From IMG/VR virus record IMGVR_UViG_3300028549_000365, positions 1 to 64,000 of that record: a stretch of 64,000 nucleotides of DNA; one strand, written 5' to 3'. The notes beneath the pieces were generated by a model. It was not told the origin of the DNA and searched no databases. It saw only the letters and a program-made list of their open reading frames with translations. Shown here piece by piece: positions 53,230 to 63,628 of this stretch. Source of the DNA: a virus. Lineage: Duplodnaviria > Caudoviricetes. Made by a program: the position numbers and the translations under genes. Positions within the stretch are counted from its first letter, which is position 1. The number at the start of each line of letters is the position of its first letter.

Positions 53230-56108
53230 ATTACAGGACAGCTACCACCGGTACACTCTAGTGATTCCATAACATTATCTTTACTATCTTTAATATTTGT
53301 TAACTTAACTGGTTTTACATTCTTAGCATAAGCTTCAAACACCTCTTTAGTAACAACTTCTTGCGGTAAGTACAAGTATCCTAAATCAGCTGCTGTTTTA
53401 GAAGGATCTGCTCTATATAAAAATGACACACCAACATAGTGTTCCCAGTTAGCTAATAACCAATCTACTATATCATCTACTTCATCTGGACTATAACTTA
53501 TAGTGTTAGATACGTTCTGTTGACACCAATGTACTTGGTACTTCTTATAACGTTCTAATTGTGTAATAGCAGACTCTAAGTTAACCTCTACAACATCTCC
53601 ATTATCTTTTACTACTTTATCAAACTCTACGTGTTCCCATTTGATAGGAAATTTAACAAGTGTGCCTTCATTAGGTTGCATAGGATTAGGAGTTACCTCA
53701 TATCCTGACGCTCTAAGAATAGGCAATATAGGATCATTTACACCAAAGTTAATGTTGTTGAATATGTATTTACCTAATGGTTTATGTACACCTTCTGTTG
53801 TCATCATTACTTTACTTAATGTACCAGACGGTTTTATTGTTGTTACATTCTTAGGTCTTTGTAAGCCTAACTCATCAGCCATACCGTAAGCACTATGAAT
53901 AGCAACACGTTTCATACTATCAAGATCGTATTCTGTTAAATCTTCTCTTTGAACAACACCAGTTATACCAACACCGCATAATCTTAAGAACTCATTATTA
54001 AGATGCCACGCTTCTTGTAACACACCATCTTTAAGATTAACACAAGTTTGTCTATAGTTAGCTCTAGCAGAAAGTTCTATTGCTCTATGCAGTCCTGTTG
54101 TATCCCCTCTAAACTTAGCTACATCAACTTCTACAAGATTACAGAAACCTTTATTAGGTAATAAGATTTCAACGCATGGGTTATTTGTTTTAAACCAAGG
54201 TGCTCTTTTCTTAGCTGTTTCACCATTAATAAAACCTGGTTCACTACCGCCAGCTTCTTCCATAATAGTAAATATCTTTCTAAGCTCTTCTCTAGAAGGT
54301 TTACTTTCAAATACTAAACTATTGTTACTTTGTGCTCGCTGTGGATTACCATTCCAATATTCTCTTTTAGCGGTACTAAACTCTTTCCATTCTGGTTGTC
54401 CGTATTCGAATAAAGCAATCTGTGCCGATCTTCTAGAAGACAGAATAGTTCCTAACCAATTCACTATATCTAATATATCCATTCTTGTAAGTAATTCACC
54501 AGCTCGTTTATTCATTATAGTAGCTATTGCAACATACGCAATACTTATAGCTTCATCACCAGATGATATCCAACCATATCCAGTTAATCTACTACCAGCT
54601 GGTCGTAACTCCGAGAAATCGAATACTAACTTTTCTGCATCGTATTTACCAGCTAATAACTTACCTATACTTTTAGACCAAGCTTCAGCTGAGTCACCTA
54701 CTTTAATAGTCCATACACCATCTACAAATGTTTCTACGTTATTAGGATTACCTCCTTTAGTAGTTCGTTTAGTTCGTATTACTTCTATGTCCTTGATAGG
54801 TTTAAAGAATCCGTTTAGTGTACCTATAACAGGTCTAAACCCTACTCCGCAACCTTGCATCAATAACCAAAGAACATCAACTACGTCATACACAGTTTCT
54901 ACATCTGTTCCAGAACAGTTTCCTGTTACTAAACCATTAGGTAATATAAAACTATGATCGTCTTCAACAGTAAGACACCAACATTCTTCTTTAGGTGTGT
55001 TCTTATTTATATCATTAATTCTAAATAAACTACCTCCGGTATTCTCCTGAAATGTTGTAAACCGAATAGTAAAACCGTCAAATACCCCGTAATTTGTTTC
55101 AGCTATTCTTCTTTCATATCTATTTATATATACACCAAAAACTGGCATCCATTTAACTATGTAATCAGCTGCTTGTTTACTGGTAGTATCAATTCCAATA
55201 ACTACATTAACTCCCTTTCTATGGGTCTTAGTTCCGTCCGCTGATAGATAACCTCTTAAAAAAGCTCTGTTGAGATTAATATTATCAGTTTCAGGTAAAG
55301 TTTTTAAATATTTACCTGTATATACAAATGGGTCTTCATTACAACTAGGTGGAAATGAATATTTAAACCCGCATGATATAAATTTATCTAAATGTTGTTT
55401 TTTATTACCACATAATCTAACACGCGAAGTTACACTTTCACCGCTCACAGCTATAGCACCATCACCATACACAAACCCATAACACCACCAATATTGTTCC
55501 TCAGTTGTCATACCATAGAAATCATAATGATTGAAATCATCAGAAGGTGGTCTATGCATTTTCATATCTAGCTTTATGTCTTTAGCTAAAACTTTATTAC
55601 CGTTAGACTCTATCCAGGTGTGATCTAAACAACTATTAACGCTGTACTGTGTAATACCTCTAGTTAAACCTAATTTAACCATATTTCTATTTCCTGCATA
55701 CATGACCTTAGCTTTTTTCCAGTTACCTAAATGTGTTCTTACTATACATTCATCACCATCTTCAAAGTCTTCAAATGACATAACGCCTTTATTAGTTATA
55801 AACTTAGTATCTCTTTGTAATGGATTAAATTGTGAAGCTTCTCTTGTTTTAGCGATATCAGTACCACCTAGCCAAAGTGTTCTTCCTGAAGTAGAAACTT
55901 TCTTATCCACCATAAGTTGTTTAAATTCATTAAGCTCTTCTACCATATCAACAGTACAATGTTCTATTTTAGCAGCTCTTAACCATAACCATTCTTGATG
56001 GGTTCTTACTCTTTCACATATCTCTTCCCAAGTCTCAAAACTAGTCTCGTTTATATCTTTAGGTCTTGAGTATGTTCTTCTTATTACTACTTCACTTCGT
56101 GTATTCAT
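53226..56108 (-). CDS. nrdJ: class II (adenosylcobalamin-dependent) ribonucleoside-triphosphate reductase, intein-containing
   Basis: SGRTLWLGG...SQFN|CS, GCGVGF, TNNPCVEILL...CNLVE (thiyl-radical Cys), TTIKPSGT, C-terminal CTGGSCPV. Confidence 0.93.
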   Translation of the reverse strand: MNTRSEVVIRRTYSRPKDINETSFETWEEICERVRTHQEWLWLRAAKIEHCTVDMVEELNEFKQLMVDKKVSTSGRTLWLGGTDIAKTREASQFNPLQRDTKFITNKGVMSFEDFEDGDECIVRTHLGNWKKAKVMYAGNRNMVKLGLTRGITQYSVNSCLDHTWIESNGNKVLAKDIKLDMKMHRPPSDDFNHYDFYGMTTEEQYWWCYGFVYGDGAIAVSGESVTSRVRLCGNKKQHLDKFISCGFKYSFPPSCNEDPFVYTGKYLKTLPETDNINLNRAFLRGYLSADGTKTHRKGVNVVIGIDTTSKQAADYIVKWMPVFGVYINRYERRIAETNYGVFDGFTIRFTTFQENTGGSLFRINDINKNTPKEECWCLTVEDDHSFILPNGLVTGNCSGTDVETVYDVVDVLWLLMQGCGVGFRPVIGTLNGFFKPIKDIEVIRTKRTTKGGNPNNVETFVDGVWTIKVGDSAEAWSKSIGKLLAGKYDAEKLVFDFSELRPAGSRLTGYGWISSGDEAISIAYVAIATIMNKRAGELLTRMDILDIVNWLGTILSSRRSAQIALFEYGQPEWKEFSTAKREYWNGNPQRAQSNNSLVFESKPSREELRKIFTIMEEAGGSEPGFINGETAKKRAPWFKTNNPCVEILLPNKGFCNLVEVDVAKFRGDTTGLHRAIELSARANYRQTCVNLKDGVLQEAWHLNNEFLRLCGVGITGVVQREDLTEYDLDSMKRVAIHSAYGMADELGLQRPKNVTTIKPSGTLSKVMMTTEGVHKPLGKYIFNNINFGVNDPILPILRASGYEVTPNPMQPNEGTLVKFPIKWEHVEFDKVVKDNGDVVEVNLESAITQLERYKKYQVHWCQQNVSNTISYSPDEVDDIVDWLLANWEHYVGVSFLYRADPSKTAADLGYLYLPQEVVTKEVFEAYAKNVKPVKLTNIKDSKDNVMESLECTGGSCPVI
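54918..55823 (-). mobile_element. 302-aa intein with LAGLIDADG homing endonuclease (class 3 signature)
   Basis: Interrupts SQFN|CSG; begins PLQRDTKFIT, ends WCLTVEDDHSFILPNGLVTGN; LAGLIDADG blocks YGFVYGDG and LRGYLSADG. Confidence 0.9.
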
Positions 56109-56180
56109 AGCTATTCCTTTTATTTGTTATTATCAAATATTATGCACGGTTTAAATAAATTTAGTACACATATTTATAAC

Positions 56181-56198
56181 CATATATTATTAAAATAG
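56181..56198 (+). promoter_or_regulatory. putative phage early promoter
   Basis: CATATATTATTAAAATAG upstream of the AAA ATPase RBS. Confidence 0.65.
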
Positions 56199-56242
56199 TG
56201 TATAGAATAGCTAACTATATACAAAAAAATTAAGGAGGGTAT

Positions 56243-57226
56243 ATGTATATACAGCCAAATAGACAACTACCAGCTGGGGTCTATAGACTTAAACAAGATG
56301 AAAAGAAATATTACTATTTAGAAAGAGTCTCAGATTGTTTCGAAATAGAAGGTAAAAACTACGGTGACGTTATTGAACAACGTGATATAGTATGGGAACG
56401 ATACAGTAAAATGTTAGGCTCTATGGGAGCTATGTTTACAGGTGGTAAAGGTATGGGTAAAAGTAGGCTAGCTGAACTTATATCTAACTTAGCTATATCA
56501 TATGGTATACCTGTAGTGTTAGTTACTGAGATTAACGCTGACATAGTTACTGTGCAATACATAGCTATGATATCTAATGTAGTAATATTTTACGATGAGT
56601 TTGGTAAGAACTTTAATAGACCACTTCAAGATAAGATGTTGACTATGTTATCAGGAGTAGCTTCAGGTAAAAAACTGTTTCTAATAACAGAAAATAACAC
56701 TAATATGTTATCAGAACTTATAGTAGATAGACCTGGTAGAGTTCTTTATCATTACGAATACGATAGACTGGATGAGCTTGTTATACAACAGTATTGTGCT
56801 GACCATGCAGTTAGTCAATATATTTACGATAACATCATAGACAAGTGGAAACAAACTCCTGGATTCTCTAACGACCACCTTAAAGCGTTAGTAGAAGAAC
56901 ATGAGTTCAGACCTCAGGATACTTTTGAAATGCTATTGAAACGTCTTAATGTGTCATCACTTACTAAACCTAAAATGTTAGACATAGAAGAAGTCTACAC
57001 ATATGTAGATGACCCTAAATCTGATATTAAAATTAAGAAAGTTGTTAAGTATAACTATAGTGAAGATGTTACTATGAAAGATTTTAATAACAATAGAGCG
57101 TTATGGATGAGACTAATAGATGAAGCTACGCACGGTATAAGAATAGATAAAAATAGTGTTATTAATATCGAAGATAAAATTATAACATGTAAAGTAGGGG
57201 AGTATTACGTAGTTCTTAAACAATAG
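56243..57226 (+). CDS. AAA+ ATPase
   Basis: Walker A GGKGMGKS, Walker B VIFYDE, sensor/arginine finger LITEN...DRPGR. Confidence 0.9.
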   Translation: MYIQPNRQLPAGVYRLKQDEKKYYYLERVSDCFEIEGKNYGDVIEQRDIVWERYSKMLGSMGAMFTGGKGMGKSRLAELISNLAISYGIPVVLVTEINADIVTVQYIAMISNVVIFYDEFGKNFNRPLQDKMLTMLSGVASGKKLFLITENNTNMLSELIVDRPGRVLYHYEYDRLDELVIQQYCADHAVSQYIYDNIIDKWKQTPGFSNDHLKALVEEHEFRPQDTFEMLLKRLNVSSLTKPKMLDIEEVYTYVDDPKSDIKIKKVVKYNYSEDVTMKDFNNNRALWMRLIDEATHGIRIDKNSVINIEDKIITCKVGEYYVVLKQ

Positions 57227-57252
57227 TTAGTTGATAAATATAAGGAGAACGC

Positions 57253-57645
57253 ATGAACTTTGAACTTAGAAAAGTGTATACATTTACAACTTTAGCACCA
57301 GCGATATTAGGTAATACGTATGATAATATGAAAGTTAAATCTATATTATCTGCTGATGAAGCAGTTATATATAGAGATATACACACACTTCATACTAACC
57401 TTAAAACAATTATACCTACACTACCTACTGTAGACGACTGTACATTCATACTGTTTGAAAAACAAGATGAATCTAAAACTACTATACTATTAGCGTTAGA
57501 GTATATAGACACATTCTCCATACAGAACACTGTAACTGTTAACATAAATATAACCATACTAGATACTAGTACTGAGATGGTTTCTGTTATAAGTACAAGG
57601 TTACGTGAGTTAGGTGTAAATAATTTCACGATCAATTTAGCATAA
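57253..57645 (+). CDS. conserved hypothetical protein of phiKZ-like phages
   Basis: KVYTFTTLAPAILGNTYDNMKVKSIL resembles a family seen beside DnaB in this phage group (recognition only). Confidence 0.6.
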   Translation: MNFELRKVYTFTTLAPAILGNTYDNMKVKSILSADEAVIYRDIHTLHTNLKTIIPTLPTVDDCTFILFEKQDESKTTILLALEYIDTFSIQNTVTVNINITILDTSTEMVSVISTRLRELGVNNFTINLA

Positions 57646-57680
57646 GATAACAACCAATAGGTTGTTATCTTATTTTTTTT
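57642..57680. terminator. bidirectional terminator
   Basis: ATAAGATAACAACC-aata-GGTTGTTATCTTAT plus T tract, between convergent genes. Confidence 0.85.
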
Positions 57681-57681
57681 A

Positions 57682-59226
57682 TTAAAAATCAAAATCTTTA
57701 GCTATTTTACTACCTATGTCATCTAACGCTTCTTGTGTTTCGCCAGCTTTAGGATTGTTACCCCCTACATAATCTTCTAATATAGGAGCACTAGGTGGGA
57801 ATGGTAACACACATCTTTTATCTTCTTCAGATATAATCTTAGGATTACGATGTTTACCTCTACCTACAAACAGATTCCATTTTCTATTTATAGTTCCTTT
57901 AAATAAATATATCTCACCATCAACAACTTGTGGTATTTGTTTAGAACCCTCATAATAGTTATTGTTAGATATCTCATCCAAGAACTCTTTATTTTTTATT
58001 CCAGACCTAGTTAACCCTACAGCTTCTGTAGATAACTGGTGTGGTGTCAATGTTAAGAAGCGATGACTCGAACCAAAGTTTCTAAGCTTATTAAACAAGT
58101 CTCTTATATCAGTACCCATAGCTCCAGTTTTAATACATCCAGTAGTAGGCATTTTACTTAGGTAATCTACAACTAACGCATGTATTTCGAAACCATCTGC
58201 TTCGTATTCTAACAGCTTGTTAAATAAATGTTTATAACTCCATTCATCAGGGTTAACTCTTAGTATTTTAACATGGTATCCAGTCTTAGTAAGTCTACTA
58301 GTAATATACTCACCTATCTCTTTACCTGTCAATAACGTTAAATCTGGTAATACATGATTTTCGTTATAGTACAAATACTTATAGATAAATCCTGTCATAA
58401 TATGCATATCATCTTCGAATGATAATAATATGTTAAGAGGTTTCTTAGTAGGATCGTCCATGATAGGTTTATTAAGAGTAGATATCTGTGTAAACATACT
58501 TTGTACGAACCCTGATTTAAAACTATGTTGTAAAGCAGTTATTACCCATTCTTCACCTCTAATGAAACCACCACCTGTCATAGTGTTAACACCAGTCCAA
58601 CCTGTTATCAATCTACCGTTATCAGTCCCTAACTTCTTAACCTCATCCATAGCGTCAGCTACACCATCTGGGTTATTCATATCAAGTTCATTCATAATAC
58701 CAGGATCTTTAGACTTAGCAACTATACTTAATGCTTCTAGGTTAACAACTAAAGCATTTGTAAAATCACTTAGACTCATGTCACCTAGTTGGTTTTGATT
58801 AAGTTTATAAGAAGCACTACCTACTATCTTTTTTAGTTGTTGTAATCTAAAATAGTTATTAAGTGTATTTCTTAAACTAACTATAGTTCTCTTAAGATCT
58901 TTAGTTTGCAATTCTATATTTATAGCTTTATCCACTGTTCTTATTAACGATTCTCTATCTTTTAATATAACCTCTAAACTTTGTATTAAAGTTAACTTAT
59001 CATAGTTCTCATGGTTTTGCACCATGTCCCTAATAAGTTGTATAAGATCTTTTACTAACTCACTATCTCCACCAAATAACGCGTTATCTTTTTCTCCTTC
59101 AATACCATCTAGTATTGTCTTTACTAAATCTTTACTCGTATCACTAGTAGTGTTAGTCATTAATTCTAGTTCTGTTTCTCTGTGTAATAATGTTATAATC
59201 TTTAATATTATATCTAGTTTTGACAT
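57682..59226 (-). CDS. dnaB: DnaB-like replicative helicase (phiKZ gp118-like)
   Basis: ITGWTGVNTMTGGGFIRGE, degenerate Walker A ALQHSFKS, LSFED, VVDYL, TPHQLS, GRGKHR. Confidence 0.85.
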   Translation of the reverse strand: MSKLDIILKIITLLHRETELELMTNTTSDTSKDLVKTILDGIEGEKDNALFGGDSELVKDLIQLIRDMVQNHENYDKLTLIQSLEVILKDRESLIRTVDKAINIELQTKDLKRTIVSLRNTLNNYFRLQQLKKIVGSASYKLNQNQLGDMSLSDFTNALVVNLEALSIVAKSKDPGIMNELDMNNPDGVADAMDEVKKLGTDNGRLITGWTGVNTMTGGGFIRGEEWVITALQHSFKSGFVQSMFTQISTLNKPIMDDPTKKPLNILLSFEDDMHIMTGFIYKYLYYNENHVLPDLTLLTGKEIGEYITSRLTKTGYHVKILRVNPDEWSYKHLFNKLLEYEADGFEIHALVVDYLSKMPTTGCIKTGAMGTDIRDLFNKLRNFGSSHRFLTLTPHQLSTEAVGLTRSGIKNKEFLDEISNNNYYEGSKQIPQVVDGEIYLFKGTINRKWNLFVGRGKHRNPKIISEEDKRCVLPFPPSAPILEDYVGGNNPKAGETQEALDDIGSKIAKDFDF

Positions 59227-59310
59227 CTTAGTTCTCCTGTTTTTTTAGCATAGAATATATGTTATTAAAATAAAAGTATAAATTGAATGATATAACAATA
59301 AGGAAAAATA

Positions 59311-59970
59311 ATGAATATGGGATTTAATAATAATGAGTTAGAGACATCAGGTTTAATTTTTATACCTGACTACGCATTAAACGGACTAAAAAGATGTGGA
59401 ATTACATTAGAAACATTATCTATGTATGGATATGGTACAGAGCGAACAGTTGGTGAAGAGATTGTTGATGCGTGTATTAATAAGTTAGTTAATGGTATGT
59501 CGCATAAAGACTTAAAGGATATAGTAGCTTTAGATGTATTACTACAAGGTTTCTATTTCGGAGCAGCTAGGTATTATTCGCATACAAATGAATATAACAG
59601 TACTAGTAGAGTAGTTAACAACATATTACGTGAAGCCAATTACAAAGCTAATGGTTGGGGTGCTACGCACGATGGAGAATACGCAGTAATGAATATATAC
59701 ACGAACATTAATATTGATCACAATAGTATATTAATGAGTGGAAATATCAAAAATGAGTTGTTTACGTTAGAAACATATAACAACACAGTTTACTGTATTA
59801 TTCATGACGGGTTTATTAATCCTCTAGTTAGAAATGACTTAGAGTTTAAAAAACAATTTTCTATTTTATTAATGGATTATATGTTTAAGAGATTAGGAGA
59901 TAAGGTCGTGCTTAAAAGCAGACTTTTTCGTAAGTTTATGCGATTAGAAACAATAGAAAAAAATAAATAA
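59311..59970 (+). CDS. hypothetical protein between DnaB and capsid (phiKZ gp119 position)
   Basis: Synteny only. Confidence 0.65.
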   Translation: MNMGFNNNELETSGLIFIPDYALNGLKRCGITLETLSMYGYGTERTVGEEIVDACINKLVNGMSHKDLKDIVALDVLLQGFYFGAARYYSHTNEYNSTSRVVNNILREANYKANGWGATHDGEYAVMNIYTNINIDHNSILMSGNIKNELFTLETYNNTVYCIIHDGFINPLVRNDLEFKKQFSILLMDYMFKRLGDKVVLKSRLFRKFMRLETIEKNK

Positions 59971-59982
59971 AAGGAGCCACCC

Positions 59983-62148
59983 ATGGCAGGACAAAAAAAA
60001 TTAATTGGTTCGCTATTATCTAGCTTACAATCAAACATTGGTAAAGATGGTCTAAACAATAGACAAGAGATAACAGCGTACACTATGTCGTCAGAATCAT
60101 TGGATCAAATTTCTAAAGATTCAGCTGTTGCATCTAGAGATCTTTTAGAAGCAACTATCGATAGAACTATCGGACTTTTAATAGGTACTGAAGAATTCAA
60201 AGGTGTTAAATTCTCTGTTGCACAATTAACTGCTGCTAAATCAATTGCTGCTTTAGCTATAGACCCACAAACAGGATTAAACTCGTTAAAAGCATTGAAA
60301 GACCCTAGTGTATCAGGTGATTCAATTAGCGTCAGCGCTGAGCAATTTGTAGGTGATACAATTATTGACGCATCTACACTTTCTGTTGAAACTTTTGATG
60401 GGCAAGCTGCATCTAATGCACTATACCTTTCAATTGCTACAACATTGCTATCTACTACTCAAGATACATTCGGAGAAGCATTCTGGCCAACAATGGTTAT
60501 TGACCCTATGGTTAGTGGTATTGCTATTGAAACTGAATTCACATCGTTGTTTACAACTTTCGAAAGAAGTAGATCAGGTACTCAAGATAAAAAGAAATTT
60601 AACAAACAATCACTTGTAAAAGTTATTTACGATAATGATCTTTTTACAGCTGATAGAAATAAAGTTGTTGTAGTTAAAGCTCCTGAAAATGAAAATTCAT
60701 TAATGGCTGGTTATACATATATTGATAAAACTGCTGGTGTCGAAATTGAAACTGCTCCATTACTATTCGGTAAAAATGTTTCTCTTTTAGGTCTTTCTCA
60801 AACTGATGCATTATTAGCTAAAGGTGTTATGGACGAAACTGATACATTAGATAGAACTATTAACCTTGACAGAGTATTCTATACATTATCACATGTAGAT
60901 AACGGTAACACTGTTAACGAAATATTTAGTTTTGATGCATCGTTGTTCCCATATAGTAACTTTACTTCTTCTGTACAACAACATGCGAAAGATTTCACAT
61001 TATCATTTGAAACTGAATCAGTTATCATTAACACATCTGCTACTAAAACTGTTTTAGGTGAAGTTTCTGGTGCTTTAGATGGTCTTGCTGATAACCATTC
61101 TATTAGATTAGAGTTCAAATTATCTGGTAAAGCTAACGCTGCATATGGTGATGTTGAAGTATTCGGAAATGCAATTAACTTAGTAGAAGTTATTGATGCT
61201 GCTGGTAATAAATTAGCTACTACAAGTGCTACTTATATCGCAATCAAAGCTGTTATTGATACTATTAAATTCGGTGGTTATACACTTGAAGCTTATAGAA
61301 CTAACAGTAACTTAAGAACTGCTGGAGATATGATTACATCTGATAGATACTCACAAGTTTATGCTGTACCACTTAGAACTGGTGTAACTGTTACTACTCC
61401 TATTAACAATGTTTTAGGAACAGATAACGATAGTAAATTAACTTCACAAATCCAAATGATTGGTATGAGAGTTAGTAAACACGCTGTTCAAGAACTTGTT
61501 AAAACTGCTGAAGTACTTAAAAGTGTTACAATCAGTGGAGTAAGCAATGTAGAACTTATGGGAATCGGAAGATTCTTCGTAGATACATTCTATCAAGAAT
61601 CATCAATTGATCTTGCTAACTATGTTGATAGTATCTCTTCTAACCAAAGAGCGGAAGATATTAAAGCAGCTCTAGTTAACAAAGTTAAAGATGAAGTTCT
61701 TAAAATGTACTTGCTTTCTAACTATGGTATTGCATTCGAAGCACTTAACCAAGGTTTAGGTAAAAAGATTACAGTTGTTATCGGTACTAACCCAAGATTA
61801 AGACAATACTTAACTGCAGGTGATGGTATCATCAACATCGGTGATGATTTTGAAGTTAAAGTAGTTAGTACACCTAACAAACTTATCTCTGATAAAATGT
61901 ATATCACTTTCTGTATCTTCGACGAAGATAGAAATGTTAAACCAAACCCACTTAACTTCGGTCAATGTGTATGGGCTCCAACAATTACTTATGATGTAAA
62001 CAGAACAGTTAACAACTCAACAGTAAGAGCTATTCATACTATGCCAAGATATGCACATATTCTTAACTTGCCAATTATGTCAGTTATCAATGTAAGCGAC
62101 ATCGAAGGTGTATTAGGAAAAGTAAAAGTTTATACTCACGAAGCATAA
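59983..62148 (+). CDS. major capsid protein (phiKZ gp120-like)
   Basis: 721 aa, highly biased codon usage, propeptide with S-x-E sites (MSSESL, LSVETFDG), FGEAFWPTMVIDP, C-terminal PRYAHILNLPI; syntenic with DnaB and nvRNAP. Confidence 0.85.
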   Translation: MAGQKKLIGSLLSSLQSNIGKDGLNNRQEITAYTMSSESLDQISKDSAVASRDLLEATIDRTIGLLIGTEEFKGVKFSVAQLTAAKSIAALAIDPQTGLNSLKALKDPSVSGDSISVSAEQFVGDTIIDASTLSVETFDGQAASNALYLSIATTLLSTTQDTFGEAFWPTMVIDPMVSGIAIETEFTSLFTTFERSRSGTQDKKKFNKQSLVKVIYDNDLFTADRNKVVVVKAPENENSLMAGYTYIDKTAGVEIETAPLLFGKNVSLLGLSQTDALLAKGVMDETDTLDRTINLDRVFYTLSHVDNGNTVNEIFSFDASLFPYSNFTSSVQQHAKDFTLSFETESVIINTSATKTVLGEVSGALDGLADNHSIRLEFKLSGKANAAYGDVEVFGNAINLVEVIDAAGNKLATTSATYIAIKAVIDTIKFGGYTLEAYRTNSNLRTAGDMITSDRYSQVYAVPLRTGVTVTTPINNVLGTDNDSKLTSQIQMIGMRVSKHAVQELVKTAEVLKSVTISGVSNVELMGIGRFFVDTFYQESSIDLANYVDSISSNQRAEDIKAALVNKVKDEVLKMYLLSNYGIAFEALNQGLGKKITVVIGTNPRLRQYLTAGDGIINIGDDFEVKVVSTPNKLISDKMYITFCIFDEDRNVKPNPLNFGQCVWAPTITYDVNRTVNNSTVRAIHTMPRYAHILNLPIMSVINVSDIEGVLGKVKVYTHEA

Positions 62149-62177
62149 TCAAGATATCAACACATACGTTAAATAAG

Positions 62178-62214
62178 ATATACAGTACGCCACATGGCGT
62201 GCTGTATATTTTTA
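62178..62214 (+). terminator. intrinsic terminator after the capsid gene
   Basis: ATATACAGTACGCC-acat-GGCGTGCTGTATAT plus T tract. Confidence 0.85.
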
Positions 62215-62258
62215 CTTGTTACGTTATACTGACTATTTTATATCTAATGTTATATAAG

Positions 62259-62276
62259 CATATATTATTAATGTAG
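62259..62276 (+). promoter_or_regulatory. putative phage early promoter
   Basis: CATATATTATTAATGTAG, upstream of the operon leading to the nvRNAP subunit, consistent with early transcription. Confidence 0.7.
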
Positions 62277-62323
62277 TGAACTAAATGCGCAATAGTTCAT
62301 ATATAAATAATAAGGAATAAAAT

Positions 62324-63619
62324 ATGTACGCGATAATGAAGTATATTCTCAGCTCAGCTTCAGCTTTAGTACAAGAGAATACTAATAGTGATATAGTGTT
62401 TGAGGATAACACAGTTGGAGTAAGTTATAATGGAACACATATATCTAACTCTGTCATATACAATAACCCAGACTATAAGAAGTATATACTATCTAACATA
62501 GGCTTTGATGTTTGTACTATACATACATCTGGTATTGTTACTCCTGTAAGAGTGGCACCTAACTTACAGGGTTATAATGGTATGCAGAAGTTACTTAGTA
62601 TATTCAAAGGTAGAGCTAACGGAGTAGATGTTACTAAAGGTGTTCTAATAGTAGAACAGTACAGTATAGCTGGATCAACACATGATCAAAGTAAAAGTCT
62701 TATAGAGTACTACTTAGACAGTACTAATATCGATTACAATATAGACGTAGTAAATGATATAAGACAAGTTATTAAACAAAATGTGTCTAGAAAATCTAGT
62801 ATAAGTAAATGTAGTATTAGGATATGTCATTTCGTTCCAGAGTCAGAACTTAAAGAACATCATTGTGTTTACCACGAAGAATCAGATACTATGTTGCTAT
62901 ACGGTTTAATGGATAACAGTTATGTACATCCAAACAGTAGATTGTTTAAAGATAATAAAGAGAAACAACGTTTAGCTTCAGAAACCAATAACAACATAAT
63001 CGCTGTAGATATAGTTACTGATGATATAACTCAACCTTACTTTATTAAGTTTGGTAATGAAGTTATTAAATTATTACCTAGTAAAAATAGTAATATTGAT
63101 AATGGTGTTAATGTTAAACTTAAACGTAATGGAGTTATAGTTAGTGACACTCATACTGATATTAAAAGTATAGAAAACTTAGGTATTTATAAAAGTGTTG
63201 AACAATGTGAGACAGAGGGAGATGTTAAACTTAAACTTGAAAATGATAAGTTAGAACATGAGAAAGAAAAGTTAGAGTATTCTAAGCTTAAATTAGAAAG
63301 TGACATACAAAGTATTAAAGTTGAAAACGAATTAATACTTAAGAAGTATGAACATGAAATCTATATGTATGATATAAAAGTGCAGTTAGGTAATATGGAT
63401 CTAAATAAGAAATTACTAGATCACGAGTTAGATATATCTACTAAGCTGTTAGGTATTAAAATAGATACACATAAAGCTATTGCTGACATAAATATTAGAC
63501 TACAAAAACATAGTTTAGATATGGAGAAAGCTGATGCTGATAACTATAGAGACCGAGCTGATTTCGTTATGAAAATGACAAGCAATGCGCTTACGTTAGG
63601 CAAACAAATTTTTAAATAA
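62324..63619 (+). CDS. conserved phiKZ-like hypothetical protein with C-terminal coiled coil
   Basis: Position between capsid and nvRNAP genes; KLEHEKEKLEYSKLKLE heptads. Confidence 0.7.
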   Translation: MYAIMKYILSSASALVQENTNSDIVFEDNTVGVSYNGTHISNSVIYNNPDYKKYILSNIGFDVCTIHTSGIVTPVRVAPNLQGYNGMQKLLSIFKGRANGVDVTKGVLIVEQYSIAGSTHDQSKSLIEYYLDSTNIDYNIDVVNDIRQVIKQNVSRKSSISKCSIRICHFVPESELKEHHCVYHEESDTMLLYGLMDNSYVHPNSRLFKDNKEKQRLASETNNNIIAVDIVTDDITQPYFIKFGNEVIKLLPSKNSNIDNGVNVKLKRNGVIVSDTHTDIKSIENLGIYKSVEQCETEGDVKLKLENDKLEHEKEKLEYSKLKLESDIQSIKVENELILKKYEHEIYMYDIKVQLGNMDLNKKLLDHELDISTKLLGIKIDTHKAIADINIRLQKHSLDMEKADADNYRDRADFVMKMTSNALTLGKQIFK

Positions 63620-63628
63620 GGATAAATA

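Noticed and set aside
58480-58560. Degenerate Walker A (ALQHSFKS) suggesting a dead helicase
   Set aside because: Similar non-canonical P-loops are what I recall for phiKZ-family DnaB proteins, and the other motifs are intact.
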